In this document: piece after piece, positions 36,309 through 44,079 of the stretch
Position numbering within the stretch: position 1 is the stretch's first letter
Layout of the letters: each line of letters begins with the position of its first letter
Source: Actinomycetes bacterium
GTDB lineage: Bacteria > Actinomycetota > Acidimicrobiia > Acidimicrobiales > JAJYXR01
Assembly (NCBI GenBank): GCA_021801795.1
Contig: JAJYXR010000004.1
Coordinates: 106,607 to 170,606 of the forward strand
Length of the DNA stretch: 64,000 nt
Direction: 5' to 3'
Position numbers and translations under genes: made by a program
Notes under the pieces: generated by a model
Seen by the model: only the letters and a program-made list of their open reading frames with translations
What the model was told of the DNA's origin: nothing
The model's database searches: none

Positions 36309-38387
36309 GTGGCGAGCGATGCACCGTCCCAGATCCGTAACGTGGCCCTCGTCGGACACAACGGCGCAGGAAAGACCACCCTCGCCGAGGCGCTGCTGGC
36401 GGTCTCCGGCACCATCAGCAGACCGGGTCGCGTAGACGACGGATCTGCCGTCTGCGACTTCGATCCCGAGGAGACGAGGCGGCACCAGTCGATCTCACTG
36501 GCGCTGGCTCCCTTCTGGATAGATGCTGCCGTGGACTCCGCTCCGGCGCGGGTGAAGGTGAACCCGATCGACTGCCCCGGATACGCCGACTTCTTCGGCG
36601 ACGTGCGCGCCGGCACCTTCGCCGCAGACATGGCCGTCATCGTGGTCAGCGCCGTAGAGGGAGTGGAGGCCCAGACGCTGGCTGCCTGGGAGCTCGCGGC
36701 AGAGCTGTCGCTTCCACGCCTCGTCGTCGTGAACAAGCTGGACCGGGAGCGCGCCAGCTTCGAGCGGTCGCTGGCCGAGCTGACAGAGGCCTTCGGCGCC
36801 GGGCTGGCCCCTCTCGAGATCCCCCTGGGCGAGGAGTCGGCCTTCACCGGCATCGCCGACCTGCTCACCGACAGGGCAGTGGTCTATTCCGGCGGAAGTT
36901 CCAGCGAGGCTCCCATACCCGCCGAGCTGGCCGAACGGGAGCACAGGGTGCGGGACCAGCTCGTAGAAGGAATAGTCGTAGCCGACGACGACCTGATGGA
37001 GCGCTACCTGGAGGGCCTGGTTCCATCTCCTGTCGAGCTGGAGCACACGCTGGCTGCCGGCGTCGCATCCGCGACGGTGTTCCCCGTCGTATGTACCTCT
37101 GGTGCCACCGGCGTGGGTGTCGACCGCCTGGCCAGCCTCATCGCCGAGATCGGACCCTCCCCTCTCAGCCGCAGAGGAATCGAGATGGACGCCGGCGGCA
37201 AGGCTCAGCCGGTCCAATGCGATCCGGACGCTCCCCCGCTGGCCGTAGTCTTCAAGACCCTATCGGACCCCTACGTGGGGAGGATCTCCATCCTCAGGGT
37301 CCTCTCGGGCAGGCTCAGGCCCGACATGACGCTCGTGAACCCGAGGACCCACGCCGAGGAGCGCCTCCACGTGATCGAGCTGCTCCGCGGGAAGGAAGCC
37401 GAGCCGCTCTCCGAGGCCCAGGCAGGTGACATAGTCGCCGTACCGAAGCTGGCCGATACCGCTACCGGGGACACCCTTGCGCCGAAGGGGACTCCCGTAG
37501 CCGTCAGGGTTCCACCCGTGGAGCCTCCCGTGCTGTCCATCGCCATCAAGCCCCGGTCCAAGGGCGACGAAGACCGGCTCATGACCGGCCTCCACCGTCT
37601 CCAGGAGGAAGACCCCAGCCTGGTGGTGACCCGAGTCGACGAGACACACCAGACCCTCATATCGGGCACCGGCGAAGCACACCTGTCGGTGGCCTGCGAG
37701 AGGCTCCAGCGCAAGTTCGGAGTCGAGGTGGACACCGAGGAAGTCCAGATCGCCTACCGCGAGACGATCACGAGGGAGGCCTCGGCGGAAGGCAAGTACA
37801 AGAAGCAGACGGGTGGCCACGGCCAGTTCGGGGTGGCGGTGATAAAGATCGAGCCCCTGGAGCGCGGCGCGGGCTTCGAGTTCGTCGACGCGGTGGTAGG
37901 CGGCGCCATCCCCAAGCAGTACATACCAGCTGTGGAGAAAGGGGTCAGGGAGGCCATGGAGCAGGGAGGCCCCCACGGATACCCCGTGGTGGACGTGCGG
38001 GCCACCTGCCTCGATGGCAAGCACCACCCCGTGGACTCCTCCGAGATGAGCTTCAAGATGGCCGGCGCGCTGGCCTTCCGGGAGGCCGCTGGAGCCGCGG
38101 ACCCGGTGGTGCTGGAGCCGATATCCCTCATCGTGGTGACGGTCCCGTCATCCATGCAGGGTGACGTGCTGGGCGACCTGAACGCCCGCCGGGGGCGGGT
38201 CCAGGGAACGACCGCCCTCGATGGCGACCGTCAGCAGATCGTGGCCCTCGTTCCCACCGCCGAGATCCAGCGCTACGCCATAGACCTAAGGGCGCTCACC
38301 GGCGGCAGGGGGCGGTTCTCGGCTGAGCACGACCACTACGACACCATGCCATCCAACCTCGCATCCAGGCTGGTACCTGCCGGCTAG
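36309..38387 (+). CDS. elongation factor G family GTPase (EF-G paralog)
   Basis: ...IRNVALVGHNGAGKTTLAEALL...DCPGYADFFGDV...VVNKLDRE..., and domains II-V are recognisable (...YKKQTGGHGQFGVAV..., ...LEPISLIVVTVP...). I prefer GTG 36309, with AGGAGG at 36298-36303 and a 5-nt spacer. The track start is ATG 36255. Confidence 0.85.
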   Translation: MASDAPSQIRNVALVGHNGAGKTTLAEALLAVSGTISRPGRVDDGSAVCDFDPEETRRHQSISLALAPFWIDAAVDSAPARVKVNPIDCPGYADFFGDVRAGTFAADMAVIVVSAVEGVEAQTLAAWELAAELSLPRLVVVNKLDRERASFERSLAELTEAFGAGLAPLEIPLGEESAFTGIADLLTDRAVVYSGGSSSEAPIPAELAEREHRVRDQLVEGIVVADDDLMERYLEGLVPSPVELEHTLAAGVASATVFPVVCTSGATGVGVDRLASLIAEIGPSPLSRRGIEMDAGGKAQPVQCDPDAPPLAVVFKTLSDPYVGRISILRVLSGRLRPDMTLVNPRTHAEERLHVIELLRGKEAEPLSEAQAGDIVAVPKLADTATGDTLAPKGTPVAVRVPPVEPPVLSIAIKPRSKGDEDRLMTGLHRLQEEDPSLVVTRVDETHQTLISGTGEAHLSVACERLQRKFGVEVDTEEVQIAYRETITREASAEGKYKKQTGGHGQFGVAVIKIEPLERGAGFEFVDAVVGGAIPKQYIPAVEKGVREAMEQGGPHGYPVVDVRATCLDGKHHPVDSSEMSFKMAGALAFREAAGAADPVVLEPISLIVVTVPSSMQGDVLGDLNARRGRVQGTTALDGDRQQIVALVPTAEIQRYAIDLRALTGGRGRFSAEHDHYDTMPSNLASRLVPAG

Positions 38388-38422
38388 CTCTACTCTGAGG
38401 CCAGACCAGGCCTCTCCAACCC

Positions 38423-38959
38423 TCAGGTAGCCGACCTCGGCCAGGCCGCCCGGAGCTTCTCCCAGGAGACAGCCAAGGACTCCGGCATCACCCTGAGGCC
38501 GCCGACGGTGGTCATGAAGTTCGTGTCGCCCACCCATCTGGGCAGCGCGTGCAGGTGCAGATGCTCGGGTATGCCGGCCCCCGCTGCACGCCCCAGGTTC
38601 GCACCCAGGTTCACACCGCCGGGAGCGTAGGCAGCCTCCAGCGCAGAGACGCATTGCCGGCACAGCTCCCAGAGCTCTGCCGATTCGTCGGCCTCGAGCC
38701 TGCTCAGGGATCCCTCGTGGCGGCGCGGCATCACCAGAAGGTGGCCGCTCGCATAGGGATACGCGTTCAGCACCGCCAGGGTCCTCGGGCCCCGCCAGAC
38801 GATCCCGTTCTCCGGGCAAGGCTCTCCCGAAGCCTCGATCCGGCAGAACACGCACTCGCGCCCGGATGCCTCGGATGACGAGCCGGCTTCCGTGTCCTGC
38901 GCCGCAGCCTGCGCCACGTACTCAGAGCGCCAGCCGGCCCAGAGCAGCTCCAGGCTCAT
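38423..38959 (-). CDS. HIT family protein (Ap4A phosphorylase / GalT-like HIT)
   Basis: ...VLNAYPYASGHLLVMPRRH...AAGAGIPEHLHLHALPRW.... Met 38959 (MSLELLWAGWRSEYV) avoids the 38-nt overlap with thrS that the track start 39013 implies. It sits downstream of thrS, as in Mycobacterium. Confidence 0.8.
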   Translation of the reverse strand: MSLELLWAGWRSEYVAQAAAQDTEAGSSSEASGRECVFCRIEASGEPCPENGIVWRGPRTLAVLNAYPYASGHLLVMPRRHEGSLSRLEADESAELWELCRQCVSALEAAYAPGGVNLGANLGRAAGAGIPEHLHLHALPRWVGDTNFMTTVGGLRVMPESLAVSWEKLRAAWPRSAT

Positions 38960-38975
38960 GATCCCGGGGCCAGCA

Positions 38976-40829
38976 TCACGGGCGGCCAGTGATGGAGGCG
39001 CCGGGGGATCCATGAGAGGCCACCTCGGTCCGCACGGCGCTCACCACGTCGTCTACCAGGACCCCGCGTTCGGGCTTGTCCGCGCCGCGCCGGTTCAGGC
39101 CGAGGGTTCCCCCCGCGACGTCCTCGTCGCCGACGACGGCTATGTATGGAACCTTCGCCAGCTTATGACGACGTATGCGTGCCCCGAGCGGCTCGGTTGC
39201 CGGATCCATCTCCACCCGCAGGCCTTCGGAGCGCATGCGAGAGGCCACCTCGAGGGCGTAGGTCTCGTGGACGTCCCGGACGGGAAGCACAGCCACCTGC
39301 AGGGGCGCGAGCCAGGTCGGGAGCGCTCCCGCGTAGTGCTCGATCAGGATGGCCAGGAAGCGCTCGACGGTGCCGAAGAGCGCACGGTGGATCATCACCG
39401 GTCTGCGCCGGGAGTTGTCCGCGCCCACGTACTCCAGCCCGAAGCGCTGGGGGAGCTGGAAGTCGAGCTGCACGGTCGAGACCTGCCAGGTCCGCCCGAT
39501 GGCGTCGCGGGCCTGGACCGAGATCTTCGGTCCGTAGAAGGCACCACCACCTTCGTCGAGGCGCAGCTCCAGACCTCGCCCCAGCGCGCTCTGCCGGAGG
39601 GCCTCAGTGGCCTCTTCCCACTCCTCGTCCGTTCCCACGGCCTTGCGCTCCGGACGCGTGGAGAGCTCCACGTAGAAGTCGTCGAGCCCGTAGTCGCGGA
39701 GCATGTCGAGGACGAAGCCGAGGATGTCGTGCAGCTCGGCCGCCATCTGCGTACGGGTGCAGAAGATGTGCGCGTCGTCCTGTGTCATGCCCCGCACCCT
39801 GGTCAACCCATGGACCACCCCGGACTTCTCGTAGCGATAGACGGTGCCGAACTCGAAGAGCCTGAGTGGAAGCTCCCTGTAGGAGCGCTGCGAGCTGCGG
39901 TATATGAGGATGTGGAAGGGGCAGTTCATCGGCTTCAGGTAGTAGCGGTGCCCCTCGTCGAGCTCCATCGGAGGGAACATGCCCTCTGCGAACCAGTCCA
40001 GGTGCCCCGATATCTCGAAGAGCTCGGACTTGGTGATATGGGGAGTGTTCACGAAGTCGTACCCCGCAGCCTCGTGGCGCGCCCGCGAGGCATCCTCCAT
40101 GAGCTTCACGACGAGGCCACCCTTGGGATGGAACACCGGCAGGCCCGATCCGATCTCCGACGGGAAGGAGAACAGGTCGAGCTCCGCACCGAGGCGCCGA
40201 TGGTCCCGCCGTTCGGCCTCCGCCAGACGCTGGAGATGAGCTTCGAGCGCGTCCGAGGACTCGAATGCCGTCCCGTAGATGCGCTGGAGCTGCTGGCGAT
40301 GCTCGTCACCGCGCCAGTAGGCCCCTGCGACTCTGAGCAGCCTGAAGTGCCCGAGCCGGCCAGTGGATGCCACATGGGGTCCCCGGCAGAGATCCACGAA
40401 GGAATCGGAGTTCCTATAGGTGGACACGATCGCGGAGCCGTCGTGGTCGCCAGCAGCCTCATCGAGACCCGCCTGTCGGCCGACACCTTCGATGATCTCT
40501 CTCTTGTAGGGCTGCGCGGCGAAGATGGCAAGTGCCTCCTCGATGCTGTGCTCTTCGCGCACGAAGGGCTGGTCTTCAGCGATGATCTCCCTCATACGAG
40601 CCTCGATCCTCGGCAGGTCATCGTCGCTGAAGCGTTCTCCGTCGGGCAGCTCGAAGTCGTAGTAGAAGCCGTCCTCGATCGGTGGGCCAATAGCGAAGCG
40701 CGCCCCGGGCCACAGGTCGGTGACTGCCTGGGCCAGCACGTGCGCGGTGGAGTGCCTCAGAACCTCCCGCTCTTCATCGATACCACCGCGAACTGCGTCA
40801 CCTGCTACCACGTTCCTCCCATCCTGCAC
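38976..40829 (-). CDS. thrS: threonine--tRNA ligase lacking the N-terminal TGS domain
   Basis: 617 aa. LRHSTAHVLAQAVTDLWPGARFAIGPPIEDGFYYDF (editing domain H-x3-H), ...MNCPFHILIY..., ...VHGLTRVRGMTQDDAHIF..., ...VMIHRALFGTVERF.... An in-frame TAG lies 15 nt upstream of GTG 40829. An alternative GTG is at 40811, behind GGGAGG. Confidence 0.93.
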   Translation of the reverse strand: MQDGRNVVAGDAVRGGIDEEREVLRHSTAHVLAQAVTDLWPGARFAIGPPIEDGFYYDFELPDGERFSDDDLPRIEARMREIIAEDQPFVREEHSIEEALAIFAAQPYKREIIEGVGRQAGLDEAAGDHDGSAIVSTYRNSDSFVDLCRGPHVASTGRLGHFRLLRVAGAYWRGDEHRQQLQRIYGTAFESSDALEAHLQRLAEAERRDHRRLGAELDLFSFPSEIGSGLPVFHPKGGLVVKLMEDASRARHEAAGYDFVNTPHITKSELFEISGHLDWFAEGMFPPMELDEGHRYYLKPMNCPFHILIYRSSQRSYRELPLRLFEFGTVYRYEKSGVVHGLTRVRGMTQDDAHIFCTRTQMAAELHDILGFVLDMLRDYGLDDFYVELSTRPERKAVGTDEEWEEATEALRQSALGRGLELRLDEGGGAFYGPKISVQARDAIGRTWQVSTVQLDFQLPQRFGLEYVGADNSRRRPVMIHRALFGTVERFLAILIEHYAGALPTWLAPLQVAVLPVRDVHETYALEVASRMRSEGLRVEMDPATEPLGARIRRHKLAKVPYIAVVGDEDVAGGTLGLNRRGADKPERGVLVDDVVSAVRTEVASHGSPGASITGRP

Positions 40830-40872
40830 TCGGTGCCACCGCTAGGAGCAGCCAAGCGACTCCTCCGCACTT

Positions 40873-40958
40873 CCAGCCGGCCATTCCAGCCGGCCATTCC
40901 AGCCGGCCATCCAGCCGGCCATTCCAGCCGGCCATCTAGTCGGCCATTCCAGTCGGCC
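40873..40958. repeat. 13-bp tandem array x~6.5 (unit ccagccggccatt) in the mshC-thrS intergenic leader
   Basis: Units at 40873, 40886, 40899 (12 bp), 40911, 40924, 40937 (12 bp, degenerate) and 40949. The unit length is not a multiple of 3. Each unit contains the core GCCGGC, which in the sense RNA reads GGCCGGCU. Confidence 0.95.
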
Positions 40959-40969
40959 GCCGGAGCGAC

Positions 40970-42079
40970 CTAGAGCTCCACCCCGATCAGCCCGGCTGCC
41001 CTGGACACGCCCCCGGTCATGGCGGCCTCGTCGATGACCTCCAGTGCCCCAGGGGTATCCAGGTCGTCGTCCAGCCTCCTGCGAACCTCGGCGAGTCCGC
41101 TGTCGCCTCTACCAGAGCGACGCCAGTTATCCAGCCTACATGCCGCGACTTCGAGTCCAGCGGGGTCCCACTCCCAGTCGCTGCGGTAGTGATGTTCTAG
41201 TAACGCGAGGCGCACGACTCCGGGCTCCCAGGACTTCAGCAGGTCACTGACGAAGACCAGGTTCCCAAGCGACTTGGACATCTTCGTGCCGCCGAGCCCG
41301 ACCAGGCCGACATGAAGCCAGTGCCTGGCTAGGGGCTTGCCGCTGAGCGCCTCTGACTGCGCGGCCTCGCACTCGTGGTGGGGGAAGACCAGGTCCCTGC
41401 CACCTCCATGCAGATCGACCGTGGCACCGAGCTCACGTAATGCGAGCGCAGAGCATTCGATGTGCCAACCTGGCCTGCCAGGTCCGAATCGTGACTCCCA
41501 GGATGGCTCGTCGGGTGCAGAGGGCTGCCAGAGGACGAAGTCCAGAGGATCCCTCTTGGCTGGGTCGTCCGGGTTTCCCCCGCGTTCGGCTGCCAACGCG
41601 ATCATCTCCTGGCGAGAGAGATGGCTGAGGTGGCCAAAGCGCGGGGCCTTGGAGACGTCGAAGTACACAGCGCCACCGGAGCTGTAGGCATGGCCTGTGT
41701 CTGCCAGCGCGCCGATCATCGAGAGGATCTGGGGGATCGCAGAAGTAGCCCGCGGCTCGGCGTGCGGGGGAAGAAGCCCCAGCGCACCCATGTCGGCATC
41801 GAACCGGGACATCTCCTCGGCCGCCAGGTCGAGGTAGTGGACCCCGATCTCGCGTGCCTTGCGCAGGATATCGTCGTCCACATCCGTCACGTTCCTGACG
41901 CACTCTGCCATGTGCCCCATGTCGGCGATACGCCTCCGCAGGACGTCGAAGGTGAGGTAGACCGCCGCATGGCCTAGATGCGCAGCGTCGTATGGCGTTA
42001 TTCCACATGTGTACATGGTCACCGACGGACCAGGATCGAACTGCACGACCTCCTGCCTGGCAGTGTCGAAGAGCCTCAC
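40970..42079 (-). CDS. mshC: L-cysteine:1D-myo-inositol 2-amino-2-deoxy-alpha-D-glucopyranoside ligase (mycothiol ligase MshC)
   Basis: VRLFDTARQEVVQFDPG..MYTCGITPYDAAHLGHAAVYLTFDVL...AERGGNPDDPAKRDPLDFVLWQ...FGPGRPGWHIECSA...GGGRDLVFPHHE...KMSKSLGNLVFVS. Its short length and C-terminus (...LIGVEL) fit MshC rather than CysRS. GTG 42079 sits behind GGAGG and overlaps the npdG stop (GTGA). The track ORF (547 aa) is over-extended. Confidence 0.85.
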   Translation of the reverse strand: MRLFDTARQEVVQFDPGPSVTMYTCGITPYDAAHLGHAAVYLTFDVLRRRIADMGHMAECVRNVTDVDDDILRKAREIGVHYLDLAAEEMSRFDADMGALGLLPPHAEPRATSAIPQILSMIGALADTGHAYSSGGAVYFDVSKAPRFGHLSHLSRQEMIALAAERGGNPDDPAKRDPLDFVLWQPSAPDEPSWESRFGPGRPGWHIECSALALRELGATVDLHGGGRDLVFPHHECEAAQSEALSGKPLARHWLHVGLVGLGGTKMSKSLGNLVFVSDLLKSWEPGVVRLALLEHHYRSDWEWDPAGLEVAACRLDNWRRSGRGDSGLAEVRRRLDDDLDTPGALEVIDEAAMTGGVSRAAGLIGVEL

Positions 42080-42771
42080 CGACCGCCTCCTGTGGCACCC
42101 GGGTCTATGCCTCCGATGCGCACCGTGGCATGGCAGCGATAGCGCATGTTCAGTGTGACGAGGACCGCGGTGAATGCCTCGATGGCACCAGCCTGGGACA
42201 GGCTTCCCGCATCGAGTCCCCGCAGACCGCCCAGAAGCGAGACCAGCTCCAGTGTGCTCTTCTTCGCCTCGGGCTGATCGGAGCATACGAGCACGTCGCC
42301 CTCCATGGGCCTGGCCAGGTCCAGCAGATCGTGCGCTGGGAGGTGATGAAAGGCAGCGGCCACCATCGAGTCCGGAAGAGCGGACTGCACCAGCTGGGCT
42401 ACCGAGCCGCGGGGGGGTACCAGTGCGTGCATCTCCCCTCCGGACTTCAGGAGGGCATTGCCAACCGACACCACCACCTTTTCGGCCAGGCCTGACGCGA
42501 GCGGCGCCAGCGTCTCCACCGCGCCTTCCCAGGGCGTGGCCGCCACCACGATCTCGGCCTCGGCAGCTTCGGCGTTCGATGCCCCGGCAAGGGACATCCG
42601 GTGCCCGCCCCATGGAGCGACCGCACCGGCCACCGTGGCGGCAGCTCGTTCCGCCGAGCGCGATCCGACCACCACCTGGGCTCCCGCTGCAGCCAGACGA
42701 AGTGCCAGCCCCCTGCCAAGGGGACCAGTACCTCCGATGATGCCTACCTTCACCCTCCTACCATTGCACAC
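42076..42771 (-). CDS. npdG: NADPH-dependent F420 reductase family protein (NpdG/Fno-like)
   Basis: ...VKVGIIGGTGPLGRGLALRLAAAGAQVVVGSRSAERA... and a C-terminal dimerisation region. The start is either 42771 or the GTG at the VKVGIIGG motif. Confidence 0.7.
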   Translation of the reverse strand: MCNGRRVKVGIIGGTGPLGRGLALRLAAAGAQVVVGSRSAERAAATVAGAVAPWGGHRMSLAGASNAEAAEAEIVVAATPWEGAVETLAPLASGLAEKVVVSVGNALLKSGGEMHALVPPRGSVAQLVQSALPDSMVAAAFHHLPAHDLLDLARPMEGDVLVCSDQPEAKKSTLELVSLLGGLRGLDAGSLSQAGAIEAFTAVLVTLNMRYRCHATVRIGGIDPGATGGGR

Positions 42772-42861
42772 CTACGAGCCCCTCCATCACCAGGTGGGGC
42801 AGATCCAGGGGAGCGGGACGGTTCGCCCGGGCGGCTCCGGGAACCTCTAACCTTTCCGCCC

Positions 42862-43635
42862 ATGGGTCTACTGGAGTCCAAACGGATACTCGTCACAGGC
42901 GTGCTCACCGACGCGTCGCTGGCCTTCGGCATAGCCCGGCTGGCGCAGCGAGAGGGTGCCGAGGTCGTGCTCTCCGGGGCCGGACGCGGGCTTTCCCTCA
43001 CCCGACGCACCGCGAGGAAGCTGCCTGCACCAACCGAGGTGATCGAGATAGATGTGATGGAGCCGGATCAGCTCGCAGCGGCAGCCGCGACGCTAACCGA
43101 TCGCTGGGGACGCCTCGACGGCCTGGTCCATGCGATCGGCTTCGCACCGGCCGACTGCCTCGGTGGCGACATCTTCAAGGCCTCCTGGGAGGACGTGTCG
43201 GTGGCCCTGAACGTCTCCGCCTACTCCCTGAAGGCTCTGGCCGGTGCATTCCGTCCGCTGCTGAAGGCAGCAGGTGGTGGGTCAGTAGTGGGACTGGACT
43301 TCGATGCCACCGTGGCTTGGCCGGCATATGACTGGATGGGGGTGGCGAAGGCTGCCCTCGAGTCCCTGGCGCGCTACCTGGCCCGAGACCTGGGCCCGGA
43401 AGGAACCCGCGTGAACCTGGTGGCAGCCGGCCCGGTGCGTACGATGGCAGCCAAGTCCATTCCCGGCTTCAGTGCCTTCGAAGAGACCTGGGGATCCCGG
43501 GCACCGCTCGGATGGGACGTCGCTGACGGCGAGCCCGTAGCGCGGGCGTGCGTCTGCCTCCTGTCGGACTGGTTTCCCATGACCACAGGTGAGATGATCC
43601 ACGTAGACGGCGGGGTGCACGCTCTAGGAGCCTGA
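42862..43635 (+). CDS. fabI: enoyl-[acyl-carrier-protein] reductase (NADH), FabI/InhA type
   Basis: MGLLESKRILVTGVLTDASLAFGIARLAQREGAEVVLSG...VHAIGFAP...YDWMGVAKAALESLARYLARDLGPEGTRVNLVAAGPVRT. Confidence 0.87.
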   Translation: MGLLESKRILVTGVLTDASLAFGIARLAQREGAEVVLSGAGRGLSLTRRTARKLPAPTEVIEIDVMEPDQLAAAAATLTDRWGRLDGLVHAIGFAPADCLGGDIFKASWEDVSVALNVSAYSLKALAGAFRPLLKAAGGGSVVGLDFDATVAWPAYDWMGVAKAALESLARYLARDLGPEGTRVNLVAAGPVRTMAAKSIPGFSAFEETWGSRAPLGWDVADGEPVARACVCLLSDWFPMTTGEMIHVDGGVHALGA

Positions 43636-43686
43636 GCGCCGGCGTCAGGATGGAATGGCCAGCGTTTTACGACCAAGGGAGGCCCT

Positions 43687-44067
43687 ATGCCCACAGGTGC
43701 TCAGGTAAGAGATGCCGCAGAGCGGTATCTAGACGCGATTGTAAAGCGTGACATCGACGCGATACTCGCCTGCTTCTCCCCCGACGCAGTCCAGAGGGAC
43801 CCCGTGACCAGCCCGCCGAACGTAGGTCACGAGGCCATACGTGTGTTCTTCGAGAACGCACTCGGAGCCAGCGAGGCATGGCATGTCACCCGTCATCAGA
43901 TCCTGGCCTGCGGATCCGCAGGAGCCAGCATGTTCACCCTGAAGGTGGAGGTCGGCGGCTCAGCCATGGAGTTCGACGTGATAGAGGTGATCGAGGTCCG
44001 CGACGACGGCACCATCTCGTCGCTCGACGCGTACTGGGACCCCGACCAGATACGCATGGTCTCCTAG
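43687..44067 (+). CDS. SnoaL-like / NTF2-fold protein (ketosteroid-isomerase-like)
   Basis: 126 aa. ...AAERYLDAIVKRDIDAILACFSPDAVQRDP...GHEAIRVFFE...IEVIEVRDDGTISSLDAYWD. Confidence 0.6.
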   Translation: MPTGAQVRDAAERYLDAIVKRDIDAILACFSPDAVQRDPVTSPPNVGHEAIRVFFENALGASEAWHVTRHQILACGSAGASMFTLKVEVGGSAMEFDVIEVIEVRDDGTISSLDAYWDPDQIRMVS

Positions 44068-44079
44068 CCTCTCTAGGAG
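44061..44079. terminator. perfect 7-bp inverted repeat (ctcctag-cctct-ctaggag) containing both convergent TAG stop codons
   Basis: Read directly from the sequence. The arms are 44061-44067 and 44073-44079, and no U-tract is present. Terminator function is only a guess. Confidence 0.3.

Noticed and set aside
38397-38414. A possible bidirectional terminator hairpin (gaggcc-agacca-ggcctc) between the EF-G-like and HIT genes.
   Set aside because: It has only a 6-bp stem with a 6-nt loop and no U-tract. That is too weak to call in GC-rich DNA, where such inverted repeats are frequent.
40831-40841. A T-box riboswitch upstream of thrS, suggested by GGUGGCACCG resembling the T-box core GGUGGNACCG.
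   Set aside because: It is only a 10-nt match, and it is also a near-palindrome that could arise by chance. I could not identify a Stem I, a specifier loop with a Thr codon, or an antiterminator/sequestrator of the expected form. I left it as something to test with a covariance model rather than calling it a feature.
38892-40973. 693-aa plus-strand ORF antisense to thrS.
   Set aside because: There is no recognisable domain. It overlaps an unambiguous ThrRS gene entirely and is open only because of GC-rich codon statistics. Its C-terminal PAIPAGHPAGH repeats are the 13-bp array read in frame.
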